Assembly: GCA_024650005.2 (NCBI GenBank)
Contig: CP122380.1
Coordinates: 1,600,001-1,664,000 of the forward strand
DNA from: Candidatus Bathyarchaeum tardum
GTDB lineage: Archaea > Thermoproteota > Bathyarchaeia > Bathyarchaeales > Bathyarchaeaceae
Length of the DNA: 64,000 nt
Direction: 5' to 3'
The notes beneath the pieces are model-generated. The model was given only the letters and a program-made list of their open reading frames with translations. It searched no databases and was not told the origin of the DNA. Positions 56,530 through 64,000 of this stretch are shown here, one piece after another (positions within the stretch are counted from its first letter, which is position 1; every line of letters starts with the position of its first letter). The position numbers and the translations under genes are program-made.

Positions 56530-59031
56530 ATGAAAAAAACCCAAACTCCTCACCTCAGGATTGTTGCTACTTTGGCGGCTATCCTGTTAGTTTCCAGTTT
56601 TGTTCTGATTCCAAGTTTCCAAGTTAACGCTCAATCAACAGAAAACAGTGTCCAAAACCTGTTGCAGTATGAATGGACTCAAGTAAGCGGAAATTCAGAT
56701 ACTGCTCGTTTTTCAGAAAGCCCGGCTCCTTCAACTTCAGACATTTTGTGGAAAGCCAACATAACCAATATTCATAGTTACATTTCCGCCTTTAATGGTA
56801 TGGTTTTTGTTTCTTCTGATACCACAGTTTTTGCCCTTGATCCTGAAACAGGAGAAACAGTGTGGGAGACCCAAATCGAAATGAAAGGAACCTGGCCAAT
56901 AGTTTACAAAATTGACAGCACCCACATGATAGTACAAGGAACCTGCCTAAACCCCCAAACGGGAGAAATCTTGTGGACCAGCAGTTCTTTTAATGCTGAC
57001 ACGGGACTGTACAACAATCAAGTTTACAGTCCTGAAGAAAAAATGTTCTACATCAAAAACCTGTCATACATTGAAGCATGGAACTTTTCTGACCCTTCTA
57101 AACCTCCGACTTTTGAATGGGAAACCTATATCCCCGGAAGCGGCATAGTTGGAATAGGATTAACTTACGGAGACGGAAAGATTTTCCCAGGTTCCTTCCA
57201 GTCTATGCAATTCGCCTTGGATGCTAAAACAGGTGAAATCCTTTGGAGCACCCGAACCAAAGCCCCTATGATTTTTTCTGGTTCCTATTCTAACGGCATG
57301 TTTGTTCGAGGAGGAACAGATGATAACACTATGTATTGTTTCAATGCTACAACTGGAGAAATCTTGTGGACATACACTCCAGCAACGAATGGGTACTTTA
57401 CATCAGGAACTGCAGTCGGGTATGGCATGGTTTATGAACCCAACAAGGACGGAAACGTTTACGCTATTAACATGGAAACTGGAGAGTTAGTTTGGAGTTA
57501 TCAAGGTCCCGGAACGATGCTGTTTCCAGGAATGGCAACAGTAGCAGACGGCAAAGTTTACGTAACCAGCGGGCAAGACGCGTCCTTTGGTCAAGAAATT
57601 GGAAAGTCCGAATTTGTTTGTTTAGATGCATTCACAGGTGAGGTTATTTGGTCTCTTCCCATGGAGGCTTTTGCGCCTCGAGAGTCTGTAATTGTAGCAT
57701 ATGGCAAATTGTTTGTTATTCCAGGCGACATTACCACTGCCATTGATTCCTTGTCTGGAAACGAGTATGACAATATCGATCAAATATGGGCTTTTGGAAC
57801 TAGCTCGTCTGATTCCGGGGGTTCATGGCCAATGTTCAGAAACGATGCTAAACGTTCTTCAATTGGTAATGAAGGTCCCTCAAGTTTACGCATTGTTTGG
57901 AGTTACGAAACAGAAGGGGCAGTTATTTCTTCCCCCAGTGTAGTAAACGGGATTGTGTATGCTGGTTCGCAGGACATGAACATTTATGCAGTTGACGCAA
58001 CTAATGGTGATTTGGTCTGGAAGTATCAAACAAATGGCACCATCGAGTCCAGTCCCGCAGTAGTGGATGGCAAACTGTTTATTGTTAGTGACGACGGTTT
58101 TCTTTACTGTTTAGATGCGTATCAGGGTTACTTGATATGGAAAACTTACGTCAACGCTGATTTGCCCGTTATTTCCGGTGCAGCAGTCATGTTGCGTTCT
58201 TCTCCAGCAGTAGTAGGTAAATTCGTGTATGTTGGTTCAGTTGATGGAACCCTGTATGCCGTAAACACCGACAACGGCAACCCAGCATGGACCTATGAAA
58301 CAGAAGGAATAATCAAGTCGTCCCCAACAGTTGCTGACGGGGCGTTGTATTTTACTTCAGAAGAACCCAACGAAGGTGCCCTTTACAAACTTGACGCAAA
58401 AGATGGAACCTTAGTTTGGAGAAAAACCTTAGAGTATAACCGCCCTTACATTGGCGGAAGCGACATGCAAGGCACCCCAACGGTTGCAGACGGCATGGTG
58501 TTTGTTTCTAGCAACGTACGGGACTATTACGCATTAGATGTTAATTCAGGAGAAACCATATGGTCTTATTCAAACCCCAGCGCCGTAGAATTCATTGTTT
58601 CTTCACCCATCTATGTTGACGGGAAAGTCTATATCATTGACAAGTTTGACGTAGCTTGCTTAAACGCAACAACCGGAGAAAAACTGTGGCGATCATATTC
58701 CGGAGACGAACTTTATGTTTCACCCTCCTATGCCAGCGGCAACATTTACTTAGTAACCAGTCAACGCCACATTTTTATCATAGACGCCGAAACATGCAAC
58801 AAAACTTTGGCGTATACAACATCTGCGGTGAGTTGGTCTTCCCCTGCTGTAGTAGACGGAAAATTGTATATCGGAAACAACGATTGGAACATTTACTGTT
58901 TTGCTGAAGATACAACAAACAATATCGAGGATACTGAGGTTTCCTTTGATGCCATTGTGTATACATTGATTGTTGTTGCAACGGTTGTCATGGTGGTTTA
59001 TGCTTATTTCAAGTTATACAAAAAGCAGTGA
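56530..59031 (+). CDS. Cell-surface PQQ-like double beta-propeller protein
   Basis: Signal peptide; many (A/C)LDA.TGE.LW and SSPAV.DG repeats in two propellers; C-terminal TM + KK. Confidence 0.88.
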   Translation: MKKTQTPHLRIVATLAAILLVSSFVLIPSFQVNAQSTENSVQNLLQYEWTQVSGNSDTARFSESPAPSTSDILWKANITNIHSYISAFNGMVFVSSDTTVFALDPETGETVWETQIEMKGTWPIVYKIDSTHMIVQGTCLNPQTGEILWTSSSFNADTGLYNNQVYSPEEKMFYIKNLSYIEAWNFSDPSKPPTFEWETYIPGSGIVGIGLTYGDGKIFPGSFQSMQFALDAKTGEILWSTRTKAPMIFSGSYSNGMFVRGGTDDNTMYCFNATTGEILWTYTPATNGYFTSGTAVGYGMVYEPNKDGNVYAINMETGELVWSYQGPGTMLFPGMATVADGKVYVTSGQDASFGQEIGKSEFVCLDAFTGEVIWSLPMEAFAPRESVIVAYGKLFVIPGDITTAIDSLSGNEYDNIDQIWAFGTSSSDSGGSWPMFRNDAKRSSIGNEGPSSLRIVWSYETEGAVISSPSVVNGIVYAGSQDMNIYAVDATNGDLVWKYQTNGTIESSPAVVDGKLFIVSDDGFLYCLDAYQGYLIWKTYVNADLPVISGAAVMLRSSPAVVGKFVYVGSVDGTLYAVNTDNGNPAWTYETEGIIKSSPTVADGALYFTSEEPNEGALYKLDAKDGTLVWRKTLEYNRPYIGGSDMQGTPTVADGMVFVSSNVRDYYALDVNSGETIWSYSNPSAVEFIVSSPIYVDGKVYIIDKFDVACLNATTGEKLWRSYSGDELYVSPSYASGNIYLVTSQRHIFIIDAETCNKTLAYTTSAVSWSSPAVVDGKLYIGNNDWNIYCFAEDTTNNIEDTEVSFDAIVYTLIVVATVVMVVYAYFKLYKKQ

Positions 59032-59061
59032 CTTGAAGGCGTAATGTTCTAGAAGTTAAGA

Positions 59062-59139
59062 TGGTGGGCCGGACCGGATTTGAACCGGCGACCTTCTGCA
59101 CGTCAAGCAGATGTCCTAACCGAGCTAGACGACCGGCCC
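59062..59139 (-). tRNA. tRNA-Val(GAC)
   Basis: GGGCCGG/CCGGCCC acceptor, TCTGC-TTGACGT-GCAGA anticodon arm, GGTTCAAATCC T arm, encoded CCA, no intron. Confidence 0.97.
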
Positions 59140-59282
59140 TATAACTCCATTTAGGATGTTTTTCTGGTATTTAAGTTTCAGTTTTTTGAATGAACCTGAA
59201 ACGCAAGGATTAATAACCAAAACACTGATTTTTTTTCTCCCATAACGCTTAATAGCGTTCTTGTCAGGTGTAAAATAACAAT

Positions 59283-59359
59283 GGGCGAGTAGATCAGCCT
59301 GGAAGATCGCAACGTTGGCATCGTTGAGGCCGCGGGTTCAAACCCCGCCTCGTCCACCA
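59283..59359 (+). tRNA. tRNA-Ala(GGC)
   Basis: G3:U70 acceptor pair, CAACG-TTGGCAT-CGTTG anticodon arm, GGTTCAAACC, encoded CCA. Confidence 0.97.
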
Positions 59360-59679
59360 ATAATGAACTTGCCAATTTTTTAAAAAAAAAGACCTTCAAA
59401 TTAATATAGAATCTAAATCTAAGGATATTCTGAGAGAACATTTGAAGGGCATTCTTGACGGTTAAAGATGTTAGCCAAGAATACAAACTTGGATATTCTC
59501 AAAGCGTGAAAAACTTCATTAAAAAACAAGAAGGAGGGTCTAATGCATAAGAAGTACGAACAATGGATCAAAATGGAGTTGAAATTTTGACCAATCGGGT
59601 TAAAGCCAATTTGCATACCTCATTTAGGTATCAATCAGTTTTTTAGGTTAGGATCGAATTATTTTAACGGTGATTTGGC

Positions 59680-60735
59680 ATGGACACTGATGTTGTTGGT
59701 TTACTTAAGTCCAATATTATTGGTGATTTGAATGATTTTTTGGTTAATGGTATGGGCATTTCTGACGTTTTAGGGAATGTTGGTAGGGTTGCTGTTAAGT
59801 TGCATATGGGGGAGTTTGGTAATTTGCATTATGTTAGGCCGCCTTTGGTTGGGAGGCTGGTTGAGGTGTTACAGGGGTTGGGTAATGAGGTGTTTTTGTT
59901 TGATACTCCAACATTGTATGATGGAAGCAGAGGCACTGTGGAAGGCCACTATGATACTGCTAGACGAAACGGCTTCACGGAACAGGTAATCGGATGTCCC
60001 ATTGTAATTTCTGATGAATCAGTTCAAGTTCCAAGCGATGGTGTATTGGGTCACATTAACGTGGCAAAACATCTCCTAGACGCAGACGCTATGCTAGTAC
60101 TGAGCCATGGCAAAGGTCACCCCGACATCGGATTTGGGGGAGCCATCAAAAACCTTGCCATGGGTGCAACCAACAAACAAACTAAACGTGACCTGCACAA
60201 AAAACCTAAACCCACTCTTGGAGGTGAATGCACAGGATGCAGAACCTGTGAAGAATTGTGCCCGTTAGGTGCCGCAAGTGTTGTTGATTCCTGTGTACAG
60301 TTCAAATATGACAACTGTTTTGGATGTGGAGTCTGCGTTAGCCAATGCCCCACTAAAGCCCTAACACAACAAGTAACAATTGAAGAACTCTTCGCAGAAA
60401 CCTATGTCGCAATAAAAAATCAGTTCCAAAACAAACCCACCTTTTTCATGACCGTCCTTATGGACATTACCCCTAGATGTGACTGTTTGCCCGTAGGCGG
60501 AACAGATGAGGGCTTTCCCATATGTCCAGACGTTGGAGTCTTGGCTGCATATGATGCCCAAAAAATTGACGAAGCTTCAATACAGCTTCTTCAGCGTAAT
60601 TGTGGAAACAAATTACACGAAATGCATCATAAAGATCCAATGACCACTCTTGAATTGATAAAATCCAAAACAACCAAAACAGAGCATTACAGAATCTACG
60701 ACTATCAAGTAAAACGGTTTCTCAACCCAACGTGA
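59680..60735 (+). CDS. DUF362 Fe-S protein with 2x[4Fe-4S] insert
   Basis: VAVKLHMGE.GN, TLY.GSR, LSH.KGH...FGGAIKNLAMG, two CxxCxxCxxxCP, ITP.CDC. Confidence 0.9.
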   Translation: MDTDVVGLLKSNIIGDLNDFLVNGMGISDVLGNVGRVAVKLHMGEFGNLHYVRPPLVGRLVEVLQGLGNEVFLFDTPTLYDGSRGTVEGHYDTARRNGFTEQVIGCPIVISDESVQVPSDGVLGHINVAKHLLDADAMLVLSHGKGHPDIGFGGAIKNLAMGATNKQTKRDLHKKPKPTLGGECTGCRTCEELCPLGAASVVDSCVQFKYDNCFGCGVCVSQCPTKALTQQVTIEELFAETYVAIKNQFQNKPTFFMTVLMDITPRCDCLPVGGTDEGFPICPDVGVLAAYDAQKIDEASIQLLQRNCGNKLHEMHHKDPMTTLELIKSKTTKTEHYRIYDYQVKRFLNPT

Positions 60736-61178
60736 TATTTGCTTTAAGAGCAAAATTAACCAAAAAATGTCATATTAGTACAGTTTACTACCTAGTCTTT
60801 TTTCTGAGAAAACAAAGGTAATTTGTTGAAAAAAGATATTATTATTCCAAAAATTTAATTTGAGAATTTTTAAACCAGTAAACATGTCCAAGCGTTTTCT
60901 GATATTAATGATTTTTAATAATTTATTGTTGGATGTTGTTTACATTGTTTCTAGTGTCCATTTTTGGGATGAAATGAATAAAAATTCCTTATCAACTTTA
61001 AAATATCAAAACATATCAAGAGTAATTATAGTAAAACAAGGACGCTTCTTAATTTAATTTGATTCATATCTAATATTTCTCATTATTCAATAGCAAAAAA
61101 ATTCTAATTTGGAATCGATGTAAATTCAGTGCCTACTTTTATCTCTAGTAATTGAATTCACAAATAACTAGAAATTTT

Positions 61179-62015
61179 TCATAGTGAATTTATTCCTAAT
61201 TTAAGAAATTCATTGCTCGATGTTGGAGGATTACTTGTCCAAATTGCATTAAACAGTAAATTCATAGATTTTATTATGCTGTAATAGTTGGTCAACAAAT
61301 AAGTTGGATTTTGTTCTTTGTCTTGGTTTTGCTGAATCTTTGACTTTTCCATTGACATTAACACTTCTTTTTGGTCCTTTATTATGAATGAAGGCAAGTC
61401 TTGAGTCTCAGAAAATACGAATTTCACATTTTTGAGGTTCATTTTTTCAACTATCGCTCTACTCTTAGATGAACTGTTTGTTATTAAAGAAATTTTTAGT
61501 TTATTACCTGAATGTCTTTCAATATTTTCTATAAACTGAGAGCGGTATAATCTATAAAGCTCAACATCCGGCATTAAAATGAATATTTGTCCATGGGCAT
61601 TTTCGGAAATCTGATTAATTTTCAGAATTATCCGTTCATCCCCTTCAATAACTTGAAAAACTTCATCTGTTTCCCTTGATTCTGTTACTATTTTAGGGAT
61701 TTCTTTCCATTTTTCAATTAATTCCTTTTTTTTATTCTTAAGTGATAATAAATTGAGTTTTTGAGTTTTGATTAGAATATCGTATGACTCTGAAAAAGGA
61801 ACAGCTTTAAACTTAAGTGGTTTTTCAAGTTTAACTGATAAAAGACCGCGATTCTCGAGGGTCTTTAATAATCTATATGTCTCTGTGCGGTGTATAGAAA
61901 GCTTTTCTGAAATATCACAAGCTTTTAAAACTCCAGTGGTCGCTAGACAAAGATAAACTTTAATTTCATTTTTGGTAAATCCGAAAGGATAGAAGGCCTT
62001 TTCTATTTCAGACAT
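61179..62015 (-). CDS. TrmB family transcriptional regulator
   Basis: FGFTKNEIKVY..L, IHRTETYRLLK.LE.RGL, KP.KF.AVP, effector domain IIKDQKEVL; start uncertain (ORF open to 62120). Confidence 0.85.
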   Translation of the reverse strand: MSEIEKAFYPFGFTKNEIKVYLCLATTGVLKACDISEKLSIHRTETYRLLKTLENRGLLSVKLEKPLKFKAVPFSESYDILIKTQKLNLLSLKNKKKELIEKWKEIPKIVTESRETDEVFQVIEGDERIILKINQISENAHGQIFILMPDVELYRLYRSQFIENIERHSGNKLKISLITNSSSKSRAIVEKMNLKNVKFVFSETQDLPSFIIKDQKEVLMSMEKSKIQQNQDKEQNPTYLLTNYYSIIKSMNLLFNAIWTSNPPTSSNEFLKLGINSL

Positions 62016-62140
62016 ATCTTGTTTTACTTTATTCTCTTTATTGCTGACTTCAAAATTGTAATTTAAGCATTTAATTTTCTTTTCAGTTTCTTTTAATTGT
62101 CTTGGATGGTGCATGATCAAATACTTCCAAATTCGATTCT

Positions 62141-62325
62141 AATCTGAATCAGAATTTAGCATTGTTCATATTTAATTAATATGAATAAAAAATATGAATT
62201 CAGAATCACTAACTAGACATCTCATTGTTCGAAAAAAGTTATCTTTAGACTTTTTAATTCCAATTTGCGTTCTATTAATATTCAGAATTCAGAAGAGTTA
62301 TATTATTTTAAGTCGGATTCAGAAT
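62141..62325. promoter_or_regulatory. Repeated ATTC(A/T)GAAT pseudo-palindromes (candidate operators)
   Basis: ATTCAGAAT at 62198, 62280, 62317; variants at 62141, 62147, 62287; TTCATATT-N5-AATATGAA at 62165-62185. Confidence 0.5.
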
Positions 62326-62746
62326 ATGAGTGCATGTAAACCACTAGGCAAAAATCCCAAATCCCATTCGAATACTGCTTTTTACATGCACTCAATTTAC
62401 CCACTTTTCCAGCATCTATTAAAAATAGCTGATAACAAAGTTAAAATAATTTGAAATTGAAAATAACCTATCCGCGTGCAAATTGCCAATGAAATGAATA
62501 CTTTTAATTGTGATGAAATGCATTAAAATAAGTACACTTATAAAATAATATTTTTTGCAGGTCAATGAACCGTTAACTATCAAAATAGAAAGAAACAAAA
62601 TGGTTAAAGAATTTAACCGTGTTCTTTGGACGAACAAACAAATTCTCAGAGTTGCGGCATCAGCGAGTCAATAAACTCATAGGAAAACAAACTAAAAAGG
62701 AGCGTATTCGGATTTAACATCAAACTCTAACAAAATTGTAAAAAAA

Positions 62747-63037
62747 ATGTATGCCCAATCAGTAAAAGCCATTCTGGATTGGATAATACTATCTGAACTC
62801 AAAAATAGAGCAATGAGCGGTTACGACATAATAAGTTATATTCACAATAAATTTGGGATTTTATTAAGTTCAGGAACGGTTTATTCACATCTTTATTCAC
62901 TTGAACGCAAAAATTTGATTATGGGTGACTACGATGAAAGAAAACGTATTTATAAAATCTCTTCATTTGGAAAAAAATCATTTGATGAAATATCAAAATC
63001 CAATTTGGATTTGTTAAAAATTATAGAAAAAGTGTAA
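62747..63037 (+). CDS. PadR family regulator
   Basis: LD.IIL..L...MSGYDI, SSGTVYS.L.SLER, RKRIY.I...GK. Confidence 0.85.
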   Translation: MYAQSVKAILDWIILSELKNRAMSGYDIISYIHNKFGILLSSGTVYSHLYSLERKNLIMGDYDERKRIYKISSFGKKSFDEISKSNLDLLKIIEKV

Positions 63038-63139
63038 ATTCAACAATTATTATACTAGTATTGTTTAAAATAAACTTTAATTAGGGTTATCAACATTTTT
63101 CAGAAAATCCAATACAACAACAAGGTGTTGCCTTAACTA

Positions 63140-63673
63140 TCATCTGGTTTTTGTTTTCATTAAAAGCAACCGTTGCAGTCCAATTATGGTAGGAGGATGA
63201 ACTATTTTCCCCGTGTTTAATAGCTTGGGTATATCTTGAAGGGGTACGTGTTTTGTTTTGATTTGTTCGGTTTCTTCTAGTTGCTGGGAGCCTTTTGTTA
63301 ACTTGGTTGCCAAAAAAAGGTGAGCTGTTTGCATGCTTCGGGACAAAGGATGAAAACTGCCCAAAGGGATCAGTTGACCTGAAGTGTATCCAGTTTCTTC
63401 TAAAAGTTCCCTAGCAGCACTTTCTTGAGGTGTTTCACCAGCTTCTATGTGTCCGCTGGGGATTTCAAGGCTCACAGTGTTTCGGGGATACCGTAAAATT
63501 TCGATCATGACGATGTTGTTTTCGATAATTGGAACAACTGACACAAAATCTTTTAGCTTGATTGTGTGGTAATCGATTTGTTTTCCGTTAGGCAAAATTA
63601 CTGTATCTTGGGTAACGGACAGAAAATCTGAACTGCATAATATTTTTGTGTCTATTGTTTTCCATTTTTTCAA
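63140..63673 (-). CDS. NUDIX hydrolase (ADP-ribose pyrophosphatase-like)
   Basis: LEIPSGHIEAGETPQESAARELLEETGY Nudix box. Confidence 0.92.
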   Translation of the reverse strand: MKKWKTIDTKILCSSDFLSVTQDTVILPNGKQIDYHTIKLKDFVSVVPIIENNIVMIEILRYPRNTVSLEIPSGHIEAGETPQESAARELLEETGYTSGQLIPLGSFHPLSRSMQTAHLFLATKLTKGSQQLEETEQIKTKHVPLQDIPKLLNTGKIVHPPTIIGLQRLLLMKTKTR

Positions 63674-63757
63674 AGCGACTACATCCGCTAACTTTGTAGA
63701 CAAAACAAGACATATTAAAATGTGATTCCATCCCATAGAATGTTGGGAATCGTTTCG

Positions 63758-64000
63758 ATGGCAACAAGCATTAGTTCAAGTTACAAAAAATTGTTAGAAA
63801 AAACCAAAGAACTTACCACCCTTGGAACTGCAATGGGAATTCTAAACTGGGACATGGAAACAAAAATGCCCCCAAAAGGAATTCAAATGCGTAGTCAACA
63901 ATTGGCTATGCTCAGCAAAATTGCACACCAAACGGGCACCAACCCCGAAATCGGGAAATTGCTGAACCAAATTTTTAACCACCCAGATTACAGCAACTTG
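63758..64000 (+). CDS. Carboxypeptidase M32 (Taq-type), 3' partial
   Basis: MATSISSSYKKLLEK...GILNWDMETKMPPKG..MRSQQLA; WDxxTxMP signature; runs off the window. Confidence 0.85.
   Translation, partial: MATSISSSYKKLLEKTKELTTLGTAMGILNWDMETKMPPKGIQMRSQQLAMLSKIAHQTGTNPEIGKLLNQIFNHPDYSNL

Noticed and set aside
50000-59139. Integrated element ending at the tRNA-Val 3' end (or starting at tRNA-Ala)
   Set aside because: No integrase, transposase or viral hallmark gene, and no duplicated tRNA 3' end (att) seen in the window
59400-59650. Short ORFs on both strands after tRNA-Ala
   Set aside because: Interrupted by stops, no motif; cannot support a call
421-63037. Numerous antisense or overlapping ORFs in the track (e.g. 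421-732, 15943-16425, 20230-20688, 38667-38900, 42956-43369, 59178-59486, 60860-61057, 62194-62637)
   Set aside because: Shadows of well-supported genes or tRNAs, or low-complexity AT-rich frames without motifs
1-64000. CRISPR array, rRNA or IS elements
   Set aside because: No regularly spaced repeats, rRNA-like sequence or transposase ORFs seen

Overview
Archaeal chromosomal segment, most consistent with Bathyarchaeia (TACK). That assignment is an inference from Fae-Hps, GINS23, PEF-CTERM and PQQ-propeller surface proteins and frequent TTG starts. Most of the window is core genome: fae-hps, tatD-rps17e, radA, tfs, cdc6, apgM-hom-lysC, an ECF module, the proteasome/exosome superoperon (psmA-sbds-rrp4-rrp41-rrp42-rpl37ae-Brix-pcc1-pfdB), rfcS-rfcL, gins-mcm-hel308, purB, an asnB-like gene, and divergent tRNA-Val(GAC)/tRNA-Ala(GGC). 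Accessory patches lie at about 30.7-34.2, 50-56 and 60.7-63 kb. The strongest candidate for a new system is a 483-aa ORF (38835-40286) that aligns by eye, motif for motif, with the neighbouring MCM but has every ATPase motif destroyed. It lies in one apparent operon with an uncalled 47-aa zinc-ribbon microprotein, GINS, the active MCM and Hel308. Other highlights are a ribophorin I (Ost1/RPN1)-like membrane protein, a box C/D guide sRNA next to an uncalled 29-aa ultra-basic peptide, a secreted superoxide-reductase-like PEF-CTERM protein, a cluster of Zn-finger/coiled-coil microproteins and several pseudogenes. No CRISPR array, integrase, transposase, rRNA or intein was seen. All homology calls are from motif recognition, not database searches.
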